Assembly: GCA_903945195.1 (NCBI GenBank)
Contig: CAJAUT010000006.1
Span: 493-64,492 of the forward strand
Direction: 5' to 3'
DNA: 64,000 nucleotides
Origin: an uncultured bacterium
GTDB taxonomy: Bacteria; Patescibacteriota; Microgenomatia; UBA1400; UBA12108
The translations under genes were made by a program, and so were the position numbers. Shown one piece after another: positions 34,833 to 47,919 of this stretch. Under the pieces are notes generated by a model that saw nothing but the letters and a program-made list of their open reading frames with translations, ran no database searches and was not told where the DNA came from. The first letter of the stretch is position 1. The number at the start of each line of letters is the position of its first letter.

Positions 34833-36682
34833 AAATCCCACTAATTTGGCTTAAAGATTATGTGAGTTCTGATAAATCAGCTAAGGATCTAGCCACTAGC
34901 TTCACCCAGCTAGGCCTCATGCTGGACAAGCCACTTGATGATTCTAATGTCCTAGATCTCGAACATCGCATGGACCGCTCTGATTGGCTATCCATCCTCG
35001 GCTGTGCCCGCGATCTCTCAGCTTTTGAAGGGATCAAGCTCAACTACCCCAAACTATACAACAAACCTGGGCTAAAAGTATCTGAAGAAGAAAAAATCAA
35101 AATCCAAGTAGATACCCCAGTAGTTAAACGTTTTGAGACCAGGATCTTCAAAGGTGTCAAGGTAGGCCAGTCACCTACATGGTTGGTAGATCGCCTCAAA
35201 GCTTATGGCATGGAGTCCATTAACAACATCGTAGATATCACAAATTTTGTCATGATCGAATACGGCCAAACTTTGCACGCTCAGGATATTGCCAAACTCA
35301 AAGGCAGAGATATCACTATTAGACAAGCCAAAGATGGTGAAAAAGTTACAACACTGCTTGGGACCGAAGTAAAATTAGACAAAGATATTTTTGTTCTAAC
35401 CTCAGGTGGAGAGGTGACTGTAATAGGAGGCATAGTAGGTGGCAGAAACACAGGAGTTACAGACTCAACTACTGACATCATCCTCGATTCTGGCAATTAC
35501 GATTCGCGAATTATTCGAAAAACTTCTCGTAGGATAAAGATACTCAACGAATCAGTCTCTCGCAACGACAAATTTCTGGACCCTAGAGCTATCGACTTTG
35601 CCCTAGACAGAGCCACTGGTCTCATCCTAGAGCTAGCAGGAGGTACCTACTACACAAACGACGATTACTATCCCGTTCCAGTTGAGCCAAAGACCATGAC
35701 TCTTAGACTCTCCCGTCTAAAACTCTTGTCAGGCATGGATCTAAATCTGAGTCTTGCCTCAAAAATCTTAGAATCTCTAGAGTACAAAATCCTACAAAGC
35801 AACGAGGATACTCTCACAGTCGAGATCCCATATTTCCGCACCGATATAGAAGTCGAAGATGATCTAGTCTCAGATATTTTGCGTATCAATAACTACACAA
35901 ATATTCCACTTACCCCGCTTTCTACTCCAGTTCCATTGGATTTAACCCCGGCTATTTATAGATTCGAAGAAAAACTCAAAGACTTACTAGTCGCCCAAGG
36001 TGCCCACGAACATATCACTAGTTCGCTGACTACTTCAGAGGGGCTTAGTGACGAAGTAGTCCTAGCCAATGCCTTGTCTAGCGATCAAAATGCTCTACGT
36101 CGCAGTTTAAACCCTGGGTTAGTTCATGTGCTATCTACCTACAAAAAACACAAAATAAAAAACGCTTTAGTCTTTGAAATCGGCAAAGTCTTCCGCAAAA
36201 ACAATACAGCCTATTTAGAAGGAAGACTTTTGACCATCATGGGAGGAGTAGACTCACTTGCCACCTTACTTTCTTCACTGGGGATCACTAAATATTATGT
36301 AAATGACAAATACGAAATTTTATTAGACGACAATATTGTAGGGACAATCGATGCTGTCAGCTACACCTTAGTTACCACAGCTCTTATCTCACATATGACC
36401 CCATATACAGGCATCATTTCTGAGTATGGGCACACGACTTCTCTTGATTTATCCCTCTTAGTCAGAGCAGATTTAAAATACTCAAATATTTTAAAAGCAC
36501 TTGAGTCAGTGAAAGGGGAGTGGGAGAGTATTTCCTGTAAATCCATGACCGTCATGGATGACAAAACTCACAATTATTTGATTTCAGTGTCTTGGGACAG
36601 TAGTACAAAATCAATAGACTCTGACAAAGATCTAATCCTAAAAACTCTGAAAGATAAACTAGAAATCAACTCGAAATCTTAA
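34829..36682 (+). CDS. pheT: Phenylalanine--tRNA ligase beta subunit (reduced, 617 aa)
   Basis: WLKDY, RSDWLS..GCARDL, INNIVDITN, RTDI...DL. Confidence 0.92.
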   Translation: MKIPLIWLKDYVSSDKSAKDLATSFTQLGLMLDKPLDDSNVLDLEHRMDRSDWLSILGCARDLSAFEGIKLNYPKLYNKPGLKVSEEEKIKIQVDTPVVKRFETRIFKGVKVGQSPTWLVDRLKAYGMESINNIVDITNFVMIEYGQTLHAQDIAKLKGRDITIRQAKDGEKVTTLLGTEVKLDKDIFVLTSGGEVTVIGGIVGGRNTGVTDSTTDIILDSGNYDSRIIRKTSRRIKILNESVSRNDKFLDPRAIDFALDRATGLILELAGGTYYTNDDYYPVPVEPKTMTLRLSRLKLLSGMDLNLSLASKILESLEYKILQSNEDTLTVEIPYFRTDIEVEDDLVSDILRINNYTNIPLTPLSTPVPLDLTPAIYRFEEKLKDLLVAQGAHEHITSSLTTSEGLSDEVVLANALSSDQNALRRSLNPGLVHVLSTYKKHKIKNALVFEIGKVFRKNNTAYLEGRLLTIMGGVDSLATLLSSLGITKYYVNDKYEILLDDNIVGTIDAVSYTLVTTALISHMTPYTGIISEYGHTTSLDLSLLVRADLKYSNILKALESVKGEWESISCKSMTVMDDKTHNYLISVSWDSSTKSIDSDKDLILKTLKDKLEINSKS

Positions 36683-39240
36683 GGGGTTGCTGACGGACTA
36701 GCGGTAGGAGCGTTCCAGTCTACATTTATTCCAATGTTTAAAGTTGTTTCCTTTTCTTGTCCATCTTTAGTTCTCACCACGCCTTTTAGTTCATAAGTCT
36801 TATTATTGTCCAAAGTGATAGTAGTACTAACTAATTTTTCTGGGCCAAAACTTTCTCTTTGTGAACCATTTACATAAAGTTTTACCCATTCTATTTCTTT
36901 AGATGTAGTAGTACGCAGTCTCACTTCAAAAGTTGTGTTGTTTAGCTTTTCATGGTTTCCAGGTTTTTCAAATCCTATGACTGTATCTGTACTAGCACTA
37001 CAATATTCAGTAGGCACTTTAAACTTGTCATTACTTTGGCCATTTATCCAGGCCTGTATATCATTTACCCAAGCAGTACTTTCTTGTTTTAGCACATAAA
37101 ATTCTTTTTGGTCATAGTCGTCGCGCGCTATATCAGTCTCTGTCGCTAGTTTCGAGTTATCAGCTCTACACACTTTAACTTTTGTATGGATTGGATCAGG
37201 CTCAGTCGGAGCCGAGCCTTTTACAAAAAAGTCGGCACGTGTCGGATATCCATCATGTTCTGGATATCCAGAAATAGTATCCACCTGTCTACCTTCGACT
37301 CCAGCTGGGGTAGTAAAATCATCGCCTTTATATTTCTCCCAGGATTTAAGTATGATCTTGCGCCAAATAGGGGAAGCACCAGTTACGCCTGACGCCACTT
37401 CTTTCATAGCCGAGTTATCATTGTTACCTACCCATACTCCAACCACTGCTTTTGTAGACCACCCAATTGTCCAGTTATCGCGTTTATCATTTGTTGTACC
37501 AGTTTTTACAGCAATTGATTTTCCAGACATATTTAAATAACTATTAGCTCCAAACGTCATAAGTCGCGCATTGTTGTCCGACAGTACATTGTTTACAAGA
37601 AAGGCTACATCGGCTGTCAACACTCTTTGCTTTTGTGCTTGTTTAGCTTCATAGAGGGTACGACCATCTTTTACCACTTTCATGATCGAAACTGGTTCTA
37701 CTTTTTCTCCACCATTGGCAAACGCAGAATAAGCATGTACTAGGTCAAATAGACGCACTTCGCCGCCTCCTAGTGCCACAGACAGGCCAAACCTGGACAT
37801 ATTGGCAGCGGTAGGTTGTAAGGTATTAAAGCCCATATCATAGGCAGTAGATAGCATATCTTTTAGCCCCACAAGTGATAGTAGTTTTACCGCTGGGATA
37901 TTTAGTGATGAACCAAGTGCGTATCTCAATTGCACTGGACCATTAAATTTGCCATCATAGTTTTTTGGTTCATAAAAATCGCCTTCTTTAACACCAGGGA
38001 ATTTGGTAGGCACATCAAGCAGCATAGTAGAAGGGGAGTAACCTTTTGCAAAAGCAGTAGCATAAACTACTGGTTTGATCGCACTCCCTGGTTGTCTTAG
38101 TGACAAGACTACATTTACTTGACCATCATAATCTGGGGCAAAATAATCTTTAGAACCAACCATCGCCAGTATTTCTCCATTTTGTGGATTCATCACCATC
38201 GCGGCACCATTTGTAACATGGACCTTTTCTAGTTTGTCTATCTCATCTTTGACCGCAGTTTGCGCATAATCTTGTAGTTCGGTATCTAGGGTAGTAGTCA
38301 CTGTATAGCCACCTTCTTCTACAACCGCTTCACCAAGCAGATCCACTAGCTGATCTTTTACATAAAACACAAAATGTGGGGCTTTTAGTGCCGCCGACTG
38401 AGCTCTAAACTCTACAGTTGGCAGTTCTTTGAGACTTTGCTCCTCAGCTGCTTTATCTATATATCCATCTTCTCTCATGCGACGCAGTACTGCCGTCGAC
38501 CTGGCTACGTAAGCTTGCTTATCACTACCATAAGGAGAGTAACGTGAAGGTGCTTGTGGCATACCAGCCAGTATTGCCGCCTGAGTCAAACTCAAGTCTT
38601 TTGGCTCTATGCCAAAATATCGCTCGCTTGCTGCCGCTATACCTATAGCGGTACCACCATAAGGAGCTTCATTTAGATACATCTGCAAAATTTCATCTTT
38701 AGAGAATTTCTTCTCTATCTGCATGGAGAGAACTAGCTCTTTGATCTTGCGGGTGATCGTGCGATCAGAGGATAAAAGTACATTTTTTACTAGTTGCTGA
38801 GTGAGCGTAGATCCACCAGTTGCACGTCCGGTGGTAACTAGTCGCACTATCCCACGCAAATACCCAGTCACACTAAACCCTTGGTGACTATAAAATTCCT
38901 TATCTTCTATCGAGATGGTTGCTTGCTGAATCACTTTAGGAACATCCGCGATCTTTACAGGGATACGATTATAATCTTGGTACAGTTCATAAAGGGTCGC
39001 CCCATTTCTGTCTTGGATGCGAGTAGAAAATCCGTCGCGTCGCACGATCTTGTTTGGATCAGGCAGTGTACGAGATACCCATACAAACATAAGAAACATC
39101 AGCACTATAGCTGCAATCGTCCCAAACAAAGCTGCCATACCCAGGTATTTCATGATTGATTGCTTATCAAAACGCATGCGCCCAAATCTAGACCTCGTCC
39201 TCATACTTCGCATTTTCCATGTCCGCAGCCAATCTTGCAT
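36679..39240 (-). CDS. Class A penicillin-binding protein (transglycosylase/transpeptidase)
   Basis: EDKEF, GGSTLTQQLVKN, PGSAIKP, SLN, KTGT. Confidence 0.95.
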   Translation of the reverse strand: MQDWLRTWKMRSMRTRSRFGRMRFDKQSIMKYLGMAALFGTIAAIVLMFLMFVWVSRTLPDPNKIVRRDGFSTRIQDRNGATLYELYQDYNRIPVKIADVPKVIQQATISIEDKEFYSHQGFSVTGYLRGIVRLVTTGRATGGSTLTQQLVKNVLLSSDRTITRKIKELVLSMQIEKKFSKDEILQMYLNEAPYGGTAIGIAAASERYFGIEPKDLSLTQAAILAGMPQAPSRYSPYGSDKQAYVARSTAVLRRMREDGYIDKAAEEQSLKELPTVEFRAQSAALKAPHFVFYVKDQLVDLLGEAVVEEGGYTVTTTLDTELQDYAQTAVKDEIDKLEKVHVTNGAAMVMNPQNGEILAMVGSKDYFAPDYDGQVNVVLSLRQPGSAIKPVVYATAFAKGYSPSTMLLDVPTKFPGVKEGDFYEPKNYDGKFNGPVQLRYALGSSLNIPAVKLLSLVGLKDMLSTAYDMGFNTLQPTAANMSRFGLSVALGGGEVRLFDLVHAYSAFANGGEKVEPVSIMKVVKDGRTLYEAKQAQKQRVLTADVAFLVNNVLSDNNARLMTFGANSYLNMSGKSIAVKTGTTNDKRDNWTIGWSTKAVVGVWVGNNDNSAMKEVASGVTGASPIWRKIILKSWEKYKGDDFTTPAGVEGRQVDTISGYPEHDGYPTRADFFVKGSAPTEPDPIHTKVKVCRADNSKLATETDIARDDYDQKEFYVLKQESTAWVNDIQAWINGQSNDKFKVPTEYCSASTDTVIGFEKPGNHEKLNNTTFEVRLRTTTSKEIEWVKLYVNGSQRESFGPEKLVSTTITLDNNKTYELKGVVRTKDGQEKETTLNIGINVDWNAPTASPSATP

Positions 39241-39276
39241 AGATTTGAGTATATCACTTGATGTACAATAATCATT

Positions 39277-40431
39277 ATGAATACAAATACTGATCTACTT
39301 ACACGTCGGGTAGCCAAGATCCTTCCTTCCAAAGAAGGACTAGAAAAATTGATCTCAGGCAAAAAAATCCGTCTTTACCAGGGATTTGACCCTACCTTCA
39401 ATCAACTTCACCTTGGACATACCATAGGCTTTCGCAAGCTCATGGACTTCGCCAGAGCTGGCCACGAAGTTATTTTTCTCTTTGGCACTGGCACAGTCTT
39501 AGCAGGAGATCCATCTGAAAGAGATACAGGTAGGAAACTCATCACTCAAGAAGAAATTGACGAAAACATCAAAAGCTGGAAAGAACAGGTTAGTAAAATA
39601 GTTGACTTTGATCTAGTCAAAATTAGACAAAATGGAGATTGGCTAACAGAGCTCAAACTCAAAGATATTATCAAAATAGGCAGCAATATCAGTGCCACCC
39701 AGCTATTCAAAAGAGAAAACTTCACAAGACGCATCGCAAAAGGTGACGTGGTCTGGTATCACGAAACCATGTACCCCTTACTGCAAGGTTACGACTCAGT
39801 AGTTATGGATGTTGACCTTGAAATAGGTGGCACAGACCAAGAATTCAACATGCTTATTGGTCGTGAACTCCAAAGAAAAATGAACGATAGAGAGAAATTT
39901 GTCTTAACTACACCTATGATTAATGGTGTCGACGGCAAAAAAATGAGTAAATCAGTCGGCAACTGCATTTGGTTGACCGATAAACCAGAGACAATTTATT
40001 CCAAAATAATGTCTATGGCCGACGATATGATCACAACATATTACGAATTACTTACAGATATCCCCATGGACGAAATAGCCAATTTAGATCCTTCAAAGCC
40101 TATTGAAAACAAAAAACGTCTAGCCTACGACATTACACGTCAACTACATGGGGAGGCTGGAGCCAAAATAGGAGAATCTCACTATAATACTGTCATTCAA
40201 CCAAAAGCAGCTCCATCAGAAATGCCAGAACTAAAGATACTACCAAATACCAGTATTTTAGACGCTCTAAAATCTGCTGAGCTCGGAGTAAGTAACGCCG
40301 ACATCAAGCGAACACTTGAGCAAAATGGGGTAGAAGTGGACGGCGTCAAAGTGTCTGACCCACAAGCAGTAGTCACCGGCCAAATCCTCAAATTCGGCAA
40401 ACGCACCTACCGCAAAATTGTTATAAAATAA
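39277..40431 (+). CDS. tyrS: Tyrosine--tRNA ligase
   Basis: GFDPT, HLGH, YPLLQGYD, GGTDQ, KMSKS. Confidence 0.97.
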   Translation: MNTNTDLLTRRVAKILPSKEGLEKLISGKKIRLYQGFDPTFNQLHLGHTIGFRKLMDFARAGHEVIFLFGTGTVLAGDPSERDTGRKLITQEEIDENIKSWKEQVSKIVDFDLVKIRQNGDWLTELKLKDIIKIGSNISATQLFKRENFTRRIAKGDVVWYHETMYPLLQGYDSVVMDVDLEIGGTDQEFNMLIGRELQRKMNDREKFVLTTPMINGVDGKKMSKSVGNCIWLTDKPETIYSKIMSMADDMITTYYELLTDIPMDEIANLDPSKPIENKKRLAYDITRQLHGEAGAKIGESHYNTVIQPKAAPSEMPELKILPNTSILDALKSAELGVSNADIKRTLEQNGVEVDGVKVSDPQAVVTGQILKFGKRTYRKIVIK

Positions 40432-40474
40432 CTTGATGGACTTTATAAACTTGAAAGACTTGAGGAACTAAGAT

Positions 40475-40576
40475 ATGACTCTAACTAAAAATCAGCGCAA
40501 AGTATGGACAATCATCACCGCAGTAGCTACTGTAGCCCTCCTTGCCTCCTCATTTGCTCCATTCTTCATGAACTAA
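40475..40576 (+). CDS. 33-aa single-pass membrane peptide (not in ORF track)
   Basis: MTLTKNQRKVWTIITAVATVALLASSFAPFFMN; GAGGA RBS. Confidence 0.55.
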   Translation: MTLTKNQRKVWTIITAVATVALLASSFAPFFMN

Positions 40577-40601
40577 CTGTCTCATGTTATACAATTGAGT
40601 C

Positions 40602-42569
<1,968 letters not shown>

Positions 42570-42659
42570 TATCAAATTGACGCTACCTACTCTGGTCAAA
42601 TGCACAAACTGCGGTCAAATGAAAAAATCCCACACCATCTGTACCAACTGTAATCAATA

Positions 42660-42974
42660 ATGAAAACATCAACTGACCCTAGACACAAAAAACGCGAGTT
42701 AAAAGTCGCCAAGCTATTTGCATCTAGTTTTATCCCAGGATTTACTAGTCCCCTAGATGATCACATCAGCAAAGCCGCTCCAGAGTGGCCGCTCAAAAAT
42801 ATCAATCGTATCGATCTGGCTATTTTAAGAGTTGCCACAGAAGAGCTGCTAATCTCAGATACACCAGTCAAAGTCATCATCGACGAAGCAGTCGAAATAG
42901 CTAAAAAATATGGCGCTGAAAATTCTGCTAGTTTTGTCAATGGTGTCCTAGGTACTATATTAAAAAACAAATAA
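42660..42974 (+). CDS. nusB: Transcription antitermination factor NusB
   Basis: IDLAILR, VIIDEAVEIAKKYG, FVNGVL. Confidence 0.93.
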   Translation: MKTSTDPRHKKRELKVAKLFASSFIPGFTSPLDDHISKAAPEWPLKNINRIDLAILRVATEELLISDTPVKVIIDEAVEIAKKYGAENSASFVNGVLGTILKNK

Positions 42975-42978
42975 ACTT

Positions 42979-43671
42979 ATGAATATCGCATTAACTAAAC
43001 TGCTAACTACCTTAGGCCTAGAGATCAAAGACGAGCATCTTATCCAAAATGCCTTCGTACATAGATCATATTTAAACGAATCGCATGAATACAAACATTC
43101 AAATGAACGACTGGAGTATTTAGGAGATGCTGTCCTAGAACTGGCTACCTCAAATTTTCTTTATGCCACTTATCCAGATTTTCAAGAAGGCATGCTTACA
43201 AATATGCGCGCCGCTTTAGTTCGCACCGAGTCTCTTGGAGATACAGCAAGCAATCTAGGCTTCTCCAAACTACTTCTCATGAGCAAGGGGGAAGAAGCAA
43301 CTGGAGGTAGAAGCAATAGATCTATCCTAGCCGATACTTTCGAAGCTTTTCTAGGCGCTGTTTATTTAGATCTGGGTTTTGAGACTTGTGTCAAAATACT
43401 AGAATCTCATCTTTTCCAAAAAGCCGCAGAAGTCCTTAAATCCGAAACCTACAAAGACAACAAATCACTTTTACAAGAGATCGCCCAATCTCGTTTCAAA
43501 TCTACTCCAGAATATAAACTCATTTCAGAATCTGGTCCAGATCACGACAAAGAATTTGTCATGCAGGTCGTAATAGCTGGTACAGCTTATCAAATAGGCA
43601 AAGGCAAGAGCAAGCAATCGTCCCAGGAAGACGCTGCCAAAAGCACTCTTGAGATGATTACTCATTCCTGA
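42979..43671 (+). CDS. rnc: Ribonuclease III
   Basis: NERLEYLGDAVL; dsRBD with GPDH. Confidence 0.96.
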   Translation: MNIALTKLLTTLGLEIKDEHLIQNAFVHRSYLNESHEYKHSNERLEYLGDAVLELATSNFLYATYPDFQEGMLTNMRAALVRTESLGDTASNLGFSKLLLMSKGEEATGGRSNRSILADTFEAFLGAVYLDLGFETCVKILESHLFQKAAEVLKSETYKDNKSLLQEIAQSRFKSTPEYKLISESGPDHDKEFVMQVVIAGTAYQIGKGKSKQSSQEDAAKSTLEMITHS

Positions 43672-43684
43672 TACAATACGCACT

Positions 43685-43939
43685 ATGCTAAAAATCAAAT
43701 TAACCAGAATCGGTAAAAAAGCTCAGCCACAATATCACGTGGTAGTAGTCGAAGACAAAACCAACTCAGGTACACGCAGTGTCGACAATATCGGTTATTA
43801 CAACCCATTATCCAAGCCCAAAGAATTCCGTCTAGATGTCAAAGCTTACGAGTCATGGATGGCCAAAGGTGCCAGACCCACAGATACCGTCCGCTCTCTT
43901 GCCATAAAATCAGCCAAAGCTACCAAATCTACTAAATAA
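43685..43939 (+). CDS. rpsP: 30S ribosomal protein S16
   Basis: MLKIKLTRIGKK, GYYNP, GARPTDTV. Confidence 0.96.
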   Translation: MLKIKLTRIGKKAQPQYHVVVVEDKTNSGTRSVDNIGYYNPLSKPKEFRLDVKAYESWMAKGARPTDTVRSLAIKSAKATKSTK

Positions 43940-43957
43940 ATATACAAGGAGTCTTCC

Positions 43958-44302
43958 ATGCAAGATATATTGTCCTTTATCCTCAAAAACATTACTACAG
44001 TCCCAGACGATGTCAAAATCGAAGTCGAAGACCAAGAAGGTACCTCCAACTATATAGTTACAGTCAATCCAGCTGATGTAGGTCGTATTATCGGCAAAGA
44101 AGGCAAAGTCATCAAAGCCATCCGCACCATCATGCGTGTCATCGCCATCCAACGCGGCGTCCACATCCGCATCTCAGTAGTATCTGAAAACGATATGCAT
44201 CCGGCAGGTGAATCCGTAGGGGTCGACACTCGCGTCGAACAGGCAGTCGAAACACAACAGCCTGTTGCAGAAGATGATGGCAGTATTACTGTAGAGGTGT
44301 AA
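43958..44302 (+). CDS. khpA: KH-domain RNA-binding protein
   Basis: DVGRIIGKEGKVIKAIR; after rpsP. Confidence 0.88.
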   Translation: MQDILSFILKNITTVPDDVKIEVEDQEGTSNYIVTVNPADVGRIIGKEGKVIKAIRTIMRVIAIQRGVHIRISVVSENDMHPAGESVGVDTRVEQAVETQQPVAEDDGSITVEV

Positions 44303-45026
44303 TTCCCATTGGTGCAAATAAATCAGCCTTACCAGAAGTTGTATCCATAGGCACAGCAATAGTATCAAATTTTCGGTAACTAGCCAGTTGTGTAAAAACC
44401 TTATCTTCCTCAGCACCAAAAAGAGTAATTGGTCCTTTTACATCTGCCGTACCAGCGTCAGCCCACAACATACCTAAAGTCAATGATAACGAAAGTTCAT
44501 TGCCCCCAGAGAGCCCCACTTTAATATCATTAATTTGCATCAGAGGCAATACCGTTTCAATAGTACGTAAAAAAGTATAGATATTATCTTGATTTCCCCT
44601 CATTTTAATTTCTGTTTCCAAACTCTGCAATCCAGCCACTTTTCTGGTGGCAGTTTTAGCGCTTACAGTTTTAGCAGACTCAGTTGCTTCAGTAATATTG
44701 CCTGGTGTCAGCGACAATCCACCCAGAGTCAACCCAAGCTCACTAGACAATCCATCAATCGACGCCAGATATAAAAGGATATCCTTCCTTGGCGGCAAAG
44801 CGTTATCCATCGTATTCATTCGATCTTGCAATACATTTTGGTCTAACTTTGAAAGAATTGAAACTTTGTTGGTTACAGCGTCCAATTCTGCCGATCTAGT
44901 TTTAACTTTATTCAGGATTTTGCTAGCATTTTGATATATTGGCAACGCTGCTACAAAAAGCAACAATAGCGAAGCAAGTCCTACAGTCATTGCTTTAACC
45001 AATAGTTGATGAGTTTTCAACCACAT
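44286..45026 (-). CDS. PilO-like pilus assembly protein
   Basis: N-terminal TM; position after pilM/pilN-like genes. Confidence 0.65.
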   Translation of the reverse strand: MWLKTHQLLVKAMTVGLASLLLLFVAALPIYQNASKILNKVKTRSAELDAVTNKVSILSKLDQNVLQDRMNTMDNALPPRKDILLYLASIDGLSSELGLTLGGLSLTPGNITEATESAKTVSAKTATRKVAGLQSLETEIKMRGNQDNIYTFLRTIETVLPLMQINDIKVGLSGGNELSLSLTLGMLWADAGTADVKGPITLFGAEEDKVFTQLASYRKFDTIAVPMDTTSGKADLFAPMGITPLQ

Positions 45027-45027
45027 A

Positions 45028-45576
45028 TTATTTTGATGCCTTAGGTAGAGTTAATAATAAAGATAATTGGTAACTACTATCGTCAGCCCTAGAAACTCCC
45101 GTACTTACTACTTGAGGGTAATAGCCAGTATCGCTTTCATAGTACTTCACTAAATCACTTAAATTTGCGCTATTACTAGCCACATACGATACACCTAAAG
45201 TTGCATCATCAACAAATCCTAAATTTGATAAATGAGTTCCCGCAATATCGGTAGACAAGATCTTTTGCAATGATTCTCTAGCCACAGACCGATCTGACAA
45301 GAAACCTGTCAGCAAGTTCAATCTACTTTTCAAGTATATTTGCTGAGCACTAGCTTGAGAAAGTCCTTGCATCTGTTTATTTGTAGATGTTATGGAATTT
45401 TCAATACTTGAAAGTTTTGAAGTCAAGACAAAATTCCAAATTGAAACAGCAACAATAACCACTACTACCACAACTAAAGATACTATCGAAAAGCGCAAAT
45501 AATTCTGTTCTTTTTGGTATTCTTTTTCACTCAAAGTTCTTCTATTTTTAAGAAGATTTGTTTTTATATCTACCAT
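45028..45576 (-). CDS. PilN-like pilus assembly protein
   Basis: N-terminal NLL motif, TM, coiled coil. Confidence 0.65.
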   Translation of the reverse strand: MVDIKTNLLKNRRTLSEKEYQKEQNYLRFSIVSLVVVVVVIVAVSIWNFVLTSKLSSIENSITSTNKQMQGLSQASAQQIYLKSRLNLLTGFLSDRSVARESLQKILSTDIAGTHLSNLGFVDDATLGVSYVASNSANLSDLVKYYESDTGYYPQVVSTGVSRADDSSYQLSLLLTLPKASK

Positions 45577-46599
45577 TTAAAATATCCTTTGTGATAATCC
45601 AGTTGCCACAGAATACACGGCTTTCTCTCTAGGTATTACCGCCCCTTTATTGACCTTTCCTTTAGCAAAAGAATCAGCCACAATGACCTCTATACCACCA
45701 AATACTCCAGATAGGTGTGACCCCAGTGATGGCAGATACGCTCCACCACCAGACAACACAATTCTAGACACGTGAGATTTTCTGGTAGTTAAGTGATATT
45801 CCATAGCTTTTCTCATTTCACTAACTATAGTATCTAGTACTATCAACAAGCCAGATCTAACTTTACCTTCCAACTGATTTTCATCTAGACCATACGTGCG
45901 CTTGTATTCTTCTGCTTGGGGCAGGGGCAAAGCAAGAGACTGAGCAAGAGCTCTGGTCAATGCAACTCCCCCAGATTCCACAACATATGAAAAAGTCAAA
46001 GCGTTAGTATCCACGATAGCTAAAACACTTGACATAGCTCCCATGTGTAAGATGAGGGTAGTAGCTCCAGTATCTCCAAAAGTTAACGCTCTAGATACAG
46101 CCACCATCTCACTTTCTATAGCAATTGGCTCTAAACCAACGCTTGTCAAAAAGTCTACCATAGCTTGTAAATATTTTTTGGGTGCAGCTACGAGATAAAC
46201 CAACATTTTTTTATCTTCACCAGGAATTGATGGTTGTAAAATTGAAAAATCAAGTTCAACCTCACTCACTGGAATCGGGACAAATTGCTCAGCTTCCCAT
46301 TTAATAGCCGATGCTAGTTCAGCTTCTGACATAGAAGGCATTGTCAAAATTCTACTAAAAACTTTTGACTCAGATATTGATACCACTACTCTTTTATCTT
46401 TGATTTTCAAATCTGCAAGTAACTGTTTTAATGAAACTTTCAACTTGTCAGAGACTATTGGGTTAGAAAAATCTACAGATCCAGCAGGGTTTACCACTAG
46501 TCCAACAGAATTAACTCCAAATGTTTTTGCTCCCATCATGGTTGTCTGTACAGCCTTTATGCTAGAAGATCCTATGTCGAGTCCAAAATATGCTGTCAT
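45577..46599 (-). CDS. pilM: Type IV pilus assembly protein PilM
   Basis: GLDIGSSSIK, WEAEQFVP, LSGGGA. Confidence 0.92.
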   Translation of the reverse strand: MTAYFGLDIGSSSIKAVQTTMMGAKTFGVNSVGLVVNPAGSVDFSNPIVSDKLKVSLKQLLADLKIKDKRVVVSISESKVFSRILTMPSMSEAELASAIKWEAEQFVPIPVSEVELDFSILQPSIPGEDKKMLVYLVAAPKKYLQAMVDFLTSVGLEPIAIESEMVAVSRALTFGDTGATTLILHMGAMSSVLAIVDTNALTFSYVVESGGVALTRALAQSLALPLPQAEEYKRTYGLDENQLEGKVRSGLLIVLDTIVSEMRKAMEYHLTTRKSHVSRIVLSGGGAYLPSLGSHLSGVFGGIEVIVADSFAKGKVNKGAVIPREKAVYSVATGLSQRIF

Positions 46600-46630
46600 G
46601 GGCAGTAATCTCCTTGTTAAGTAATGTATC

Positions 46631-47389
46631 TCATTTTATTATCGTTCCAGCACTAAATACTGCAAAATCAAAAATAGTAGGAGGAGCATCTAGCCCTCTC
46701 TTTAGTTCAATTTCTTTTTGTGCATCACCACCAATTGCCCTAGAGTTGATGACATACAATTGATTTGGTAGACCAATGCCAGACACAGAGATCGTTGCTC
46801 CAGCATATATTGGTCTAATCCTCACAGTATCCGCTCCACTTATTGCAATTGTTGCTTTACTCAAATAAGTTGGGCTTCCGTCAATTGAGTTAACAAATCC
46901 ATTAGAAGGAGAACAGCCATTTGGGTTGTAATAATATCTATCTATAGCAGCTCCACTAACTACCGAAACCTCAATAGCTGCAGGCGCCTGACCAGACGCA
47001 TCTACACACGCTTGGATATTTTCGGATGAATCTGATTTCTTTGTCCAAAAAATATTTATATCACCAATAAAACCCTCTACGTTAAGATGGGAAGTTTCTA
47101 GTTCCTTTACAAAAAGGCCAAAAGTAGTTGTCTGGGCAACTTTATATTTCAACGATTCTGAGATTGTGTACTCTCTAGTGGCATTGTCGGGATTACCAAC
47201 TAAAGAGCTCAGAGCATTCTCAACTCCAGTTTCTGCCAAAGAAAAAGCTGTACTACTTTCTTTTTCTTGTCTAGACAAAACAGTATCAGAAAAACTTTTT
47301 GAAGCTATAGATAGCACAAGTGCCACCACAACTCCCATGACAACCAGAAGTAACAACCCTATTTGACCAGTTCGAATATTTTTTATCAT
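46631..47389 (-). CDS. PilX-like minor pilin
   Basis: GQ + hydrophobic helix, AFSLAETGVE. Confidence 0.75.
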   Translation of the reverse strand: MIKNIRTGQIGLLLLVVMGVVVALVLSIASKSFSDTVLSRQEKESSTAFSLAETGVENALSSLVGNPDNATREYTISESLKYKVAQTTTFGLFVKELETSHLNVEGFIGDINIFWTKKSDSSENIQACVDASGQAPAAIEVSVVSGAAIDRYYYNPNGCSPSNGFVNSIDGSPTYLSKATIAISGADTVRIRPIYAGATISVSGIGLPNQLYVINSRAIGGDAQKEIELKRGLDAPPTIFDFAVFSAGTIIK

Positions 47390-47442
47390 GCTTCTATCAT
47401 TGCAAACTTGACGACATTCGTCAAACTGTCCATACTGATCGT

Positions 47443-47919
47443 ATGATAAAGAATAAATTAGGGTTCACACTTGTTGAGTTATTGATCGTTATTGCGATTC
47501 TCGCTATCCTTGCCACCGTTAGCTTTGCCAACTTTACTACCTCAAGAATCAAGGCAAAGGATATCTCGCGCAAATCCGATTTACAAACAATTGCCAAGAG
47601 CTTAGAAGCTTACGTCAACGACCATCGAGCATACCCTAGTTCTGATGCAAGTGGCAGGATAGTCTGCAAACCTACCGGAACTCCTTCATATTGTGCATGG
47701 GGAGAAATATTTTCAGATTCTACCGGAACCATCTATGCAGCCAAATTACCATCTGATCCAGGCGGATACAACTACTACTATGTTACAAGTGGGACTGGCT
47801 ACAATCTATACACACATCTAGAAAACGCACAGGACCCCAATCTCTTAGTTACGCCTATCGCAGGCTGCGGAGGATCAGGTAGCACGTGCAATTACAAAGT
47901 ATCAAGTAGCAATTTATGA
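47443..47919 (+). CDS. Type IV pilin / PulG-like
   Basis: GFTLVELL. Confidence 0.9.
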   Translation: MIKNKLGFTLVELLIVIAILAILATVSFANFTTSRIKAKDISRKSDLQTIAKSLEAYVNDHRAYPSSDASGRIVCKPTGTPSYCAWGEIFSDSTGTIYAAKLPSDPGGYNYYYVTSGTGYNLYTHLENAQDPNLLVTPIAGCGGSGSTCNYKVSSSNL